Assembly (NCBI GenBank): GCA_964358895.1
Contig: CAYHPR010000002.1
Coordinates: 30,773 to 94,772, forward strand
Length of the DNA stretch: 64,000 nucleotides
Source of the DNA: Candidatus Micrarchaeota archaeon
Lineage (GTDB): Archaea > Micrarchaeota > Micrarchaeia > CABMEP01
Direction: 5' to 3'
Each line of letters opens with the position of its first letter. The first letter of the stretch is position 1. Below are positions 18,907-27,001 of the stretch, one piece after another. The position numbers and the translations under genes are program-made. A model generated the notes under the pieces. The model was not told the origin of the DNA, did not search any database, and saw only the letters and a program-made list of their open reading frames with translations.

Positions 18907-19497
18907 ATGTTCATCGTATTCGAAGGCTTAGAAGGGGCTGGAAAAGAAGCAGTCTCGAAATGGTGCAAAAGATACCTCAAAAAAGAAGGAAAACGGGTTG
19001 AGGAACTTTCGTATCCAGACCGAGAAGGTAGATTTGCTAGAATTATGGATGAAATCTTGACTGGAAAAGCTACAATATCACCAACGTCGCAGTTTCTTGT
19101 TTTTCTAGCCGATATAACAAAAGATCAAGAAAAAATAGAGAGATGGATGGATGAAGGTAAGACAGTTGTTGCTGACAGATATTTCTTTTCGACAATTGCT
19201 TACCAGCAGATGTCACCAGAAACTGCTGAAAAGATTTTTAATGAATTGAAATTAGTTAAACCGACCGTTGTATTTTATCTAAATATTACTCCCGATATTT
19301 CTGTTGGAAGAACTAAAAATGAAAGAAAACATTTTAGCAGATATGCAGCTAATAAAGAAAGATTATTGCATGCAAAATTAAAATATCAAATAATGTTGGA
19401 GAAAAACTTGATTTCTAAATGGATAGAGATAGACGCAACTAAACCTTTGGAAGAAACTATCCAAGAAGTAAAGAAACGTCTGGATAAAATGATCTGA
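18907..19497 (+). CDS. tmk: Thymidylate kinase
   Basis: FIVFEGLEGAGKEA P-loop and DRYFFST (DRY motif). Confidence 0.8.
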   Translation: MFIVFEGLEGAGKEAVSKWCKRYLKKEGKRVEELSYPDREGRFARIMDEILTGKATISPTSQFLVFLADITKDQEKIERWMDEGKTVVADRYFFSTIAYQQMSPETAEKIFNELKLVKPTVVFYLNITPDISVGRTKNERKHFSRYAANKERLLHAKLKYQIMLEKNLISKWIEIDATKPLEETIQEVKKRLDKMI

Positions 19498-19607
19498 TTT
19501 AACCTGAACTCTGGAGATCGGATGACGCTTATTATTATTGAGGGAGTAGAATTAAGGATAAACAAGTGATACAACGTGAGATTTATGAGAAACTTAAAGA
19601 AACACAT

Positions 19608-19618
19608 ATTATTTAAAA
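19608..19618 (+). promoter_or_regulatory. TATA-box-like element upstream of tRNA-Glu
   Basis: ATTATTTAAAA is centred about 29 nt upstream of the tRNA 5' end. Confidence 0.35.
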
Positions 19619-19641
19619 TTTGGAAGTTCTATTCTAATTAC

Positions 19642-19765
19642 GCTTCGGTCGTCTAGTCCGGTTAAGGATCTTGGCCTTTCGTACAACTTTTAGTAAAAGT
19701 TTGATCAAACTTGACTAAATTTGTAAAGTTAGCCAATGACCCGGGTTCAAATCCCGGCCGGAGCA
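19642..19765 (+). tRNA. tRNA-Glu (UUC) with a 49-nt intron at 37/38 (19682..19730)
   Basis: GCTTCGGTCGTCTAGTCCGGTTAAGGATCTTGGCCTTTCG[49 nt]AGCCAATGACCCGGGTTCAAATCCCGGCCGGAGCA. Anticodon stem TTGGC/GCCAA, loop CTTTCGA. Confidence 0.85.
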
Positions 19766-20100
19766 TTTTGCAAAATCTCATTTATTGATCTTGCAATTTT
19801 TTCTCCTTTTTCAGTAAGTTTGATAATGCGTTTTTTACCTTTGATAGAAATAAGGATTATGCCTGCTTTTTCGAATTCTTGGACAGTTTTTGTGGCATAA
19901 ACGTAGGATTGTACTGTTTCTCTCGCTAGTCCGGAAGTATGCCATTGCTTATCTTGTAGGAGTAAAACAAGGAGTTTTGCTGGTTTAAGATGAAGGATTA
20001 TATCTACTACTTGTTTTTCTTTCTTCTTTTTCTCCTTTTCTTCCTTTTTGATCTCTGCTTTCTCTGGCTTTTGCTCTTCTTTTTTAATTTCTTCAACCAT
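19747..20100 (-). CDS. Winged-helix (MarR/ArsR-like) DNA-binding protein with K/E-rich N-terminal tail
   Basis: LLVLLLQDKQWHTSGLARETVQSYVYATKTVQEFEKAGIILISIKGKKRIIKLTEKG has a wHTH-like pattern. The last 19 nt overlap the tRNA-Glu 3' end on the opposite strand. Confidence 0.5.
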   Translation of the reverse strand: MVEEIKKEEQKPEKAEIKKEEKEKKKKEKQVVDIILHLKPAKLLVLLLQDKQWHTSGLARETVQSYVYATKTVQEFEKAGIILISIKGKKRIIKLTEKGEKIARSINEILQNAPAGI

Positions 20101-20177
20101 ATTGATCTATTTTAGTTGGGCTATCATAAACCTTTTAAATACATTCGATTCAATAGACAACATTGAGGCGATTAAGT

Positions 20178-20489
20178 ATGTCAATCAGAATGAGTAGACT
20201 TTATGGGATGGACATCTTTTCTGACGGCGGAAAGTATCTTGGAAAAGTATTCGATATAATCGTAGATGTTGAAAAAGGCGATGTTGTCAGAGTAACACTC
20301 GAAGCAATTCACGCAGCATCACGAGAAGAAGCTCAGCGTATAATAAAAGAAAAAACAATACTTTACAAGAATGTCAAATCTGTCGAAGACGTTATAGTTG
20401 TGTCTAAAACCCAAGGAGCAGGTGCAGCAGGTTATACATACGCACCGACAAAGGAAGAGAGCGAACAAACACTTTCTTTCCTGAAGTAG
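20178..20489 (+). CDS. PRC-barrel domain protein
   Basis: LYGMDIFSDGGKYLGKVFDIIVDVEKGDVVRVTL matches the PRC-barrel pattern. Confidence 0.6.
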   Translation: MSIRMSRLYGMDIFSDGGKYLGKVFDIIVDVEKGDVVRVTLEAIHAASREEAQRIIKEKTILYKNVKSVEDVIVVSKTQGAGAAGYTYAPTKEESEQTLSFLK

Positions 20490-20717
20490 GATATTAAATA
20501 GTCCGGATAGCGTGGCAGAGGAGAGATAATAGTAATTGATCTAGCATTAGCTTTGACTACCTCTCGGACGGATAATGAATTAATACCTACTCTAACTGGA
20601 CTTATTTTGTAGAGTACTCTCGTAATAATACGAAATTTAAAATAAGATAGAAAAAAGAATTACAACATAAAATAATATAAAAAAGAAAAAATAAAAAAAG
20701 AAAAAGAAAGATGAAAT

Positions 20718-20936
20718 TTATCTTACGTTTTTCATCTTTGCTTCGTACACATATCCGTCTTTTCCAACGTAATACATGAATCCTTTCTTCTTGGAGATTT
20801 TCTCGGCTCCTATTCTCTTCTTGGAACCTTTCTTGTTTGCCTTCATAGGCGCTCTCCAAACATAACCATCCTTACCGATAAAGTAAAGATAGCCGTCTTC
20901 TCTCTTAATTTTTTCTGATCCAACTTTCTTTCCCAT
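20718..20936 (-). CDS. Small basic protein with two tandem G(Y/F)xY(F/Y)(I/V)GKDGYV repeats
   Basis: MGKKVGSEKIKREDGYLYFIGKDGYVWRAPMKANKKGSKKRIGAEKISKKKGFMYYVGKDGYVYEAKMKNVR. The start is placed at the internal ATG of ORF 20718..21041. Confidence 0.5.
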   Translation of the reverse strand: MGKKVGSEKIKREDGYLYFIGKDGYVWRAPMKANKKGSKKRIGAEKISKKKGFMYYVGKDGYVYEAKMKNVR

Positions 20937-21065
20937 ATTAACGACCTCCCTTTGTATTCGAAGATATTTACTACAACCTTTAAAAACTATTCGGTGAAAG
21001 TAGAATATCGAGGTAAAAGAAAGGTTTAAATAGTGAAACACGTCGATATCGACGTAGGTGTACTT

Positions 21066-21476
21066 ATGGGATTGTTGGATATATTCGGAAAAAAGGATGT
21101 TGGTAAGATAACTAAGGGTGTTCCTTTCTCTATCAAAACTTCATTTATTCCTGTTAGACTAGCGTCTTACAAAGGAGATAGGACTGATTTAGTAATAAAA
21201 TTGAAGAACAACGAAGACGAAAATGTACTCGTATCGCTAGTTGTTGAAGTACCTAAAGCACTGGGTGTCGATCAGTCATGTCTTCAAAAAGCTAAGGAGA
21301 TCAGAATCGGGTATCTGAGTAAACAAGGAAGCCAGGATATAACTGTTCCTCTGTGGTCTAACGTGACTACAAAACCTGGAGACTACAGTATTACGATAAC
21401 TGCGTTCGTACATTATAGGACATACGCGTACGTTCTCAATTCTGTCAAAAAAACAGCAGAAATAAGGGTTGTTTAA
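21066..21476 (+). CDS. Hypothetical protein (beta-rich)
   Basis: ORF 21033..21476; no recognised motif; start uncertain. Confidence 0.4.
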   Translation: MGLLDIFGKKDVGKITKGVPFSIKTSFIPVRLASYKGDRTDLVIKLKNNEDENVLVSLVVEVPKALGVDQSCLQKAKEIRIGYLSKQGSQDITVPLWSNVTTKPGDYSITITAFVHYRTYAYVLNSVKKTAEIRVV

Positions 21477-21533
21477 AACCTTTGTGTTCAATATTTGTTA
21501 GGTGTTAATATCAAAAAATCGACTTCGTCAGCC

Positions 21534-22094
21534 ATGAAAACAACTGCAAACGTAAAAACCAGTTATGTTGATTTATGGATTTCTTCGCTAACCAAACCTG
21601 TAGACACATTTTCGTCCGAGAATGGGAAAGGCAATAAAACAAAAATTGCTGTTAACGTATTTTTTGCATCTGTTATAGTTGTTTTGGGCAGCACGCTTGC
21701 TCAACTAAGAACATTTGATTTAATTGCCGCGTTGTTGGCTGTAATCAGCGGCACTTTGATGACTGTCTTTGTTGGAGGTATCTTCTTTGTCCTGGCAAGA
21801 ATTCTTGGAGGAAAGTCCTCTTTTGAAAACCAACTCTACTTAACCACATTGTTCTCAGTTCCTATAGCTTTACTTAATTCTATAGTTATTCTTATACCGA
21901 TTGTAGGCAATTGGTTGGGATTGGTACTACTAATTTATCTTGCTTATCTCCTTACCCTCTCGTTAAAAGAAGCGCATGCTCTCAGCACACTCAAAGCAGT
22001 TGCAACATGGCTTATATCTGTGGTCATATTAACTGTACTTATGATAGTCATAACCTATTTTTACTACGGATCTCTCACACCATTGAGCGCTTAA
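21534..22094 (+). CDS. Yip1-like multi-pass membrane protein (putative)
   Basis: The N-terminal soluble segment YVDLWISSLTKPVDTF is followed by about 5 TM helices, the Yip1-domain layout. Confidence 0.4.
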   Translation: MKTTANVKTSYVDLWISSLTKPVDTFSSENGKGNKTKIAVNVFFASVIVVLGSTLAQLRTFDLIAALLAVISGTLMTVFVGGIFFVLARILGGKSSFENQLYLTTLFSVPIALLNSIVILIPIVGNWLGLVLLIYLAYLLTLSLKEAHALSTLKAVATWLISVVILTVLMIVITYFYYGSLTPLSA

Positions 22095-22469
22095 ATTCAA
22101 AACTTAAAATCTAACAACTGGCGTGCAGATAGAACAGGGGGAGGTCACTTCAACTAATACTATATCTATATTAATATATGTAACTATAGTTACAATATGT
22201 TAATATACATATATAATATCATTATTAAAGACAAAAAAGTACTTAATAATATAAAAAGAAGGTTTTATTACACATTTAATACTAAAATAAGCAAATTTTC
22301 TACTAAATTATCAAATAATACTCTTAAAATAGACGTTTTACACGAAAAAGAACTAGATTCATTTTTCAACGAATTTTCTGGGTTTATTGAAGTGTATAAA
22401 ATCAGTGTAAATTCAATAGAGCGAATACTGGAAGTCCCCTCCCTCTAGGTCTCAGAAAGGCAGTAAGTA

Positions 22470-22871
22470 TTATTTTTTATGTTCTTCTTTAAGAAAATCT
22501 TTGAAATCCTTGACGATTTCTTCAAATGACTTCTCTTCTTCCTCTTCAGAACCTGCGGTCCCTGAGCCTCCCTTACCGTTCTTTTTAGCCTCTTTCTGTT
22601 CTTCCTCTTCGTTTTCTTTTTCTTCTTCTGTTTCTTCCTCTTCTCCGATCTCTTTTTCTTTAAGTTTTTTTCTTGCTTTTTTGGCAATTTCTCTTATTTC
22701 TTGAAATTTTCTTATCTCTTCTATCTCTTTGTCCTTTCTCTCTTTCATTGTCTCCAATCTTTCAACCAGTCCGGTCTCAGTAAATTTCTTAGCCTTCTCT
22801 TTCTTTTCCTTTTCTTTCCTCTCCTCTTCTTCCTTCCTCACTTCTTTTTCTGTCATTGTTTTAGAATTCAT
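22470..22871 (-). CDS. Highly charged K/E-rich hypothetical protein
   Basis: 133-aa ORF. Several overlapping frames are open because of low complexity; this is the longest with an ATG start. Confidence 0.4.
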   Translation of the reverse strand: MNSKTMTEKEVRKEEEERKEKEKKEKAKKFTETGLVERLETMKERKDKEIEEIRKFQEIREIAKKARKKLKEKEIGEEEETEEEKENEEEEQKEAKKNGKGGSGTAGSEEEEEKSFEEIVKDFKDFLKEEHKK

Positions 22872-22945
22872 AGGGTATTTATAAAGATTCTGAGAATTAT
22901 TCTATTATTTTATTAGTCGGTCGAGTATCTAATCCAGATGAGTTT

Positions 22946-25195
22946 ATGACTTATGAATTGATTATTGCGGAGAAGCCTTCTGTCGCACAGAAAATCGCAT
23001 ATGCGTTATCTAACGATGTGAAGAAAAGGTTCGGACGGAAGACAGTTTATTACGAAGTAACTAGGGACTCAAAACAGATCGTTATTGTTCCTGCAGTTGG
23101 ACACTTATTCTCGCTTAGACAAAAAGGCCAGGAAACGCCAGCGTTTGATATCGAGTGGGTTCCTACATATGAACTAAACAAGACTGCGTGGTATATGCGC
23201 GGGTATCTAGATACAATAAAGGAAATGGCGAAAAATGCCAGCGTGTTCATTAATGCAGCAGATTACGATATTGAAGGCAGCCTGATTGGTTATAATATAA
23301 TTAGGTTTGCTGGCGATCTCACGCGCGCCAAGAGGATGCGCTTTTCAACACTCACCCCAAATGAGCTTAGTCAATCGTACGAACATTTAGAACCTCTGGA
23401 TGTGCCTAATGCAATAGCCGGCGAAACACGGCATATGATCGATTGGTTGTACGGAATCAATCTCAGTAGAGCGATAATGAATGCGCTCCGGGCTGCTGGA
23501 AGGTCCCGAACGCTTTCAATCGGTCGCGTACAAGGTCCGATGCTGAAGTTCTTAGCAGAGCGAGAAGAACAAATTAAGAATTTTATTTCAACACCTTACT
23601 GGGAGTTGTTTGTATATGCAAAAGAAACAAAATTTCATCACACTACTAGCCGTTTTAATTCTGAACAAGAGGCAATCAAAGTTCAGAACAATACCAAACC
23701 CGAAGGAACAATTGACATAAAGAAAACTGCTCGTACAATTTATCCATTTCCAGCCTTCGATTTTACCAGTCTTCAGATTGAAGCCTACCGCCTTTTCGGT
23801 TTTTCTCCAATGCAAACACAAGAACTCGCTCAAACCCTTTACGAACACAGTTACATCAGTTATCCCAGAACTGCTTCTCAAAAGCTTCCTGTACAATTAA
23901 ATCTACCTTCTATTATTCAGAAAATTGCCCAGATAGAACGATTCAGTGAATTAGCTAAAAAGTTAATCGAAGGAAAAAGATTCAGGCCGCGTGAAGGTCA
24001 AAAGGAAGATGTGCATCCAGCACTTTATCCAACCGGAATTATTGGTAAGTTATCAACAGACGAGCAAAAACTCTACGATCTAATCACTCATAGGTTTCTT
24101 GCTGCCTTTGCTGAACCTGCGGAAGTTGAAGATCAGAAGATTAATTTAGACGCAAAAGAAAAATATGCTGCCGAAGCAATTCATATTGTAAAAGAGGGTT
24201 GGATTCAGTTCTATCCATACACACAGCTACGCGAGTCACAGATGGCCGTGTTTAAGCAAGGAGAACTCCTGAAAATAGATAAATTCGAGATTCTTCGAAA
24301 AGAAACAAAACCATCGCCACGTTTTACTCCAGCAACAATTCTTCAACTTATGGAAAAGGAAGACATTGGAACTAAAACAACCAGAGCAATAATTCTTGAA
24401 ACACTTTTCAAGCGCGGTTATTTTACTGGAAAACAAATCACTGTTACGCCACTTGGTCGTGCAGTTTACGAAACGTTCAGAGATTATTCACCAAAGATCG
24501 TTAATCCAGAGCTGACGAAACAGCTTGAATCCGAAATGGAAATGATACAGGAACAAAAAATTGACCAGCAGAAAGTTATATCCAATGCTAAAGGTATTCT
24601 CACTGAAATTCTTGATGATTTCACAAAGAACCAACAGAAAATAGGAACCAATCTGCTTGAAAAATTGGAAGAATCTGAAAGATTCGCACCTTGCAAGTGC
24701 GGCAAAGGTTTTCAGAGAATAATTGAAAGAAAAGGGAAATACCGTTTCTTAGGTTGCAGCGATTATCCAAATTGCAAGATCACTTACTCCCTTCCTCCAT
24801 TCGGTTTTGTTAATTCCGCAGGTTTATGCGAATTTTGCAAATCTCCTAGAATCTGGGCAGCCAAAGGCAAACAACGGTACACTTATTGTCTCAATCGTGA
24901 ATGTCCGGAAAAACTTGAAAAACTTAAACGGAAAGAGGAAGCGGCAGCTGAAAAGGAAGCTGCCAAAGCAGCAGAAAAGAAGCTAAAGGCACAACAAAAG
25001 CGAGAAGAAAAGAAACTTAAGACTCAGCAGATGAAGGAAGAAACAAAAAGTAAGGCAAAACAGAAGAAAGAAGAGAAGGCATCGGAGAAAATAAAACCAA
25101 AGGAAAAAACCGAAACGGCAGATACGAAATTAAAAGTGAAAAAAGAGAAGAAACAAAAACCGAAGAGCATCTCTCCGGAAGATTCGAATAATTAG
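22946..25195 (+). CDS. topA: DNA topoisomerase I (type IA) with C-terminal zinc ribbons and a K/E-rich tail
   Basis: Toprim LIIAEKPSVAQKIA and DYDIEGSLIG; active-site region SYISYPRT; CxxC...CxxC ribbons at aa about 575-650. Confidence 0.92.
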   Translation: MTYELIIAEKPSVAQKIAYALSNDVKKRFGRKTVYYEVTRDSKQIVIVPAVGHLFSLRQKGQETPAFDIEWVPTYELNKTAWYMRGYLDTIKEMAKNASVFINAADYDIEGSLIGYNIIRFAGDLTRAKRMRFSTLTPNELSQSYEHLEPLDVPNAIAGETRHMIDWLYGINLSRAIMNALRAAGRSRTLSIGRVQGPMLKFLAEREEQIKNFISTPYWELFVYAKETKFHHTTSRFNSEQEAIKVQNNTKPEGTIDIKKTARTIYPFPAFDFTSLQIEAYRLFGFSPMQTQELAQTLYEHSYISYPRTASQKLPVQLNLPSIIQKIAQIERFSELAKKLIEGKRFRPREGQKEDVHPALYPTGIIGKLSTDEQKLYDLITHRFLAAFAEPAEVEDQKINLDAKEKYAAEAIHIVKEGWIQFYPYTQLRESQMAVFKQGELLKIDKFEILRKETKPSPRFTPATILQLMEKEDIGTKTTRAIILETLFKRGYFTGKQITVTPLGRAVYETFRDYSPKIVNPELTKQLESEMEMIQEQKIDQQKVISNAKGILTEILDDFTKNQQKIGTNLLEKLEESERFAPCKCGKGFQRIIERKGKYRFLGCSDYPNCKITYSLPPFGFVNSAGLCEFCKSPRIWAAKGKQRYTYCLNRECPEKLEKLKRKEEAAAEKEAAKAAEKKLKAQQKREEKKLKTQQMKEETKSKAKQKKEEKASEKIKPKEKTETADTKLKVKKEKKQKPKSISPEDSNN

Positions 25196-26961
25196 CTATT
25201 TAATTTTCTTTCTTTAACTCTCTGCCTTGCCTCTGAGTCTGCTCTTGACCAGTAATAATTATTATAGTCTACAAATTTCATTGAACTTGCCCTAGTTTCT
25301 GACTGCTCTTTTAATTTCTGATGCATTTTCTGGCACATTAGTCTGTAGTTAGGATGCCCCTGTTTTCCAGTTCTTAGTTCAAGCATATGCATTGCTTCTC
25401 TGTCATTCATTCCCATATACCATCTTACATTGAATCCAAATGGCACAACATATTGTGCAATTTCATTACCCATTGCCGTTCTAATCTTTTCATAAAGATT
25501 TGATGCAGTTTCATAATTTTCTACAAGTTTATCTTCGAATCCGGCTTCATTTATTTCTTCAGGTATAGAAAAGCCTAATCTAGTCGTAAGTTTCTGTCTT
25601 TCTTGAGTCAGCATCCTATGTCTTTGCAGGTCCCTATAAATGCCAAAACTTTCAACCAAATCATAAAGTAAAGGATATCCGTATTCTAATGCTCTTCCAG
25701 GTTTGTCTCTTCTTGAGTTTCTATCTCCAATATATGTACAGTATATCTCCTTCCTTTTTTCTTCAGGTAGTTCACGCACGATATTAATTATTTGTTCCAT
25801 TGAGTGTTCAGTATACTTGTATAGCATAACTGCAATCTGTCTTATTTCAAACTCTTTTTCAAATCTTTTTATCAAGTCCTTTGGCAATTCTCGTTCTAAT
25901 AACCCACTAATATTCCCCGAAAATTTACCCTCAAAATATTTGTTTAAATCTTTTGCCAATGCTTCCGCAATAAATCTTATTCCATTGTCAAGCAGTGTTA
26001 CGTCTTCTGTCAATTTAACATTTTTTTTATCAAAAATAGAATTAACTAGACGCTGCATGGTTTTTCTTGTTTCCATAATATATCCATTCGGTTTAGCTCT
26101 TTCTACAAATCTAGGGATTACTTTATTTAGTTCATAATGTAATTCTTCACCCCTAATCTTAAATTCAGGCACGTCTGACGAATAAAGTTTAGTTAGTAAG
26201 TTCTGATACGCTCTTCCATTACAGAACAACGCAACATTTGATAAGGTGGCAGCGGGCAACGGTCCTCTTATTGTGTCGCAGGCTTTAGTTTTAATATCAA
26301 AATTATACGTTGTTAACCACGCGTTTCTATCGTTTTCATCAGTCAGCGCTGCAAGTTTAAGCTGCTCACCGGTTCCTTTTATATCATAAGTTGCTTCAGT
26401 AATGGGTTTAAGTTTTTTGAAGTAGTCGGTCATCGGTGCTATCAGATCGCAATATGTTTGGAATAATTTGTCCATTGTTTTTACGTATTCCTCTTTGTAT
26501 TCTGAGTTCATTATCGGATTCTTAGTTTTATCTTTGAGATAGCGGAAATTTCCAGCAGTATCTTTTTGGTTATAGAAAACGTACCGAGAAGATTGTTCGA
26601 TATATGCTACTCCGATTCTACAGTCTTCTATTTCCTTTATGGCTAGATTGGAGATATTTTCTAATCTAACAAGAGCCCCTTCCAATTCTCCAACTGAATC
26701 GTCACCGTAAGCAACAAGCACTTTTTCAATTAGTTTATCAAGCTTCTTTAAGTTGAATTGCCCATCTTTGGCGAATTCCTTTGTAACAATTGTCCTCCAT
26801 CCATATGCCGCACGACTAAATCTAGTTACAGTCGCTCCACCTATTCCTGGAGGCAAAAGAATAACAGAGGTATCCCCAAGTGCATTTGTTGTATACTTGG
26901 ATAAGAAGTTAATATCCTGTTCATTAAATTTTTCAAATTCACCTTCAAACTGATCAGTTAT
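25192..26961 (-). CDS. thyX: Large ThyX-family (flavin-dependent thymidylate synthase-like) protein; start codon unresolved
   Basis: YRDLQRHRM (RHR motif) and ELRTGKQGHPNYR. The frame is open and conserved-looking (FNEQDINFLSKYTTN...) upstream of the TTG used by the ORF track (26856), up to 26994, without ATG/GTG/TTG. Confidence 0.75.
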   Translation of the reverse strand: MTDQFEGEFEKFNEQDINFLSKYTTNALGDTSVILLPPGIGGATVTRFSRAAYGWRTIVTKEFAKDGQFNLKKLDKLIEKVLVAYGDDSVGELEGALVRLENISNLAIKEIEDCRIGVAYIEQSSRYVFYNQKDTAGNFRYLKDKTKNPIMNSEYKEEYVKTMDKLFQTYCDLIAPMTDYFKKLKPITEATYDIKGTGEQLKLAALTDENDRNAWLTTYNFDIKTKACDTIRGPLPAATLSNVALFCNGRAYQNLLTKLYSSDVPEFKIRGEELHYELNKVIPRFVERAKPNGYIMETRKTMQRLVNSIFDKKNVKLTEDVTLLDNGIRFIAEALAKDLNKYFEGKFSGNISGLLERELPKDLIKRFEKEFEIRQIAVMLYKYTEHSMEQIINIVRELPEEKRKEIYCTYIGDRNSRRDKPGRALEYGYPLLYDLVESFGIYRDLQRHRMLTQERQKLTTRLGFSIPEEINEAGFEDKLVENYETASNLYEKIRTAMGNEIAQYVVPFGFNVRWYMGMNDREAMHMLELRTGKQGHPNYRLMCQKMHQKLKEQSETRASSMKFVDYNNYYWSRADSEARQRVKERKLNS

Positions 26962-27001
26962 TTTCCCACCATTAAAAGCTACCAGAAGACCTATTTATTG
27001 A

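Noticed and set aside
22100-22450. Very AT-rich stretch with a perfect 14-nt palindrome GTAACTATAGTTAC (about 22178..22191) and ORF 22197..22448, considered as a replication origin
   Set aside because: There are no repeated ORB-like boxes and no adjacent orc1/cdc6. The ORF is I/N/K-rich, as expected from AT-rich non-coding DNA. There is not enough evidence for either an origin or a gene.
22445-22916. Multiple overlapping ORFs (22445..22687, 22501..22704, 22701..22916) around the K/E-rich gene
   Set aside because: They are low-complexity purine/pyrimidine runs that keep several frames open. Only the longest ATG-initiated minus-strand ORF (22470..22871) is retained, and it has low confidence.
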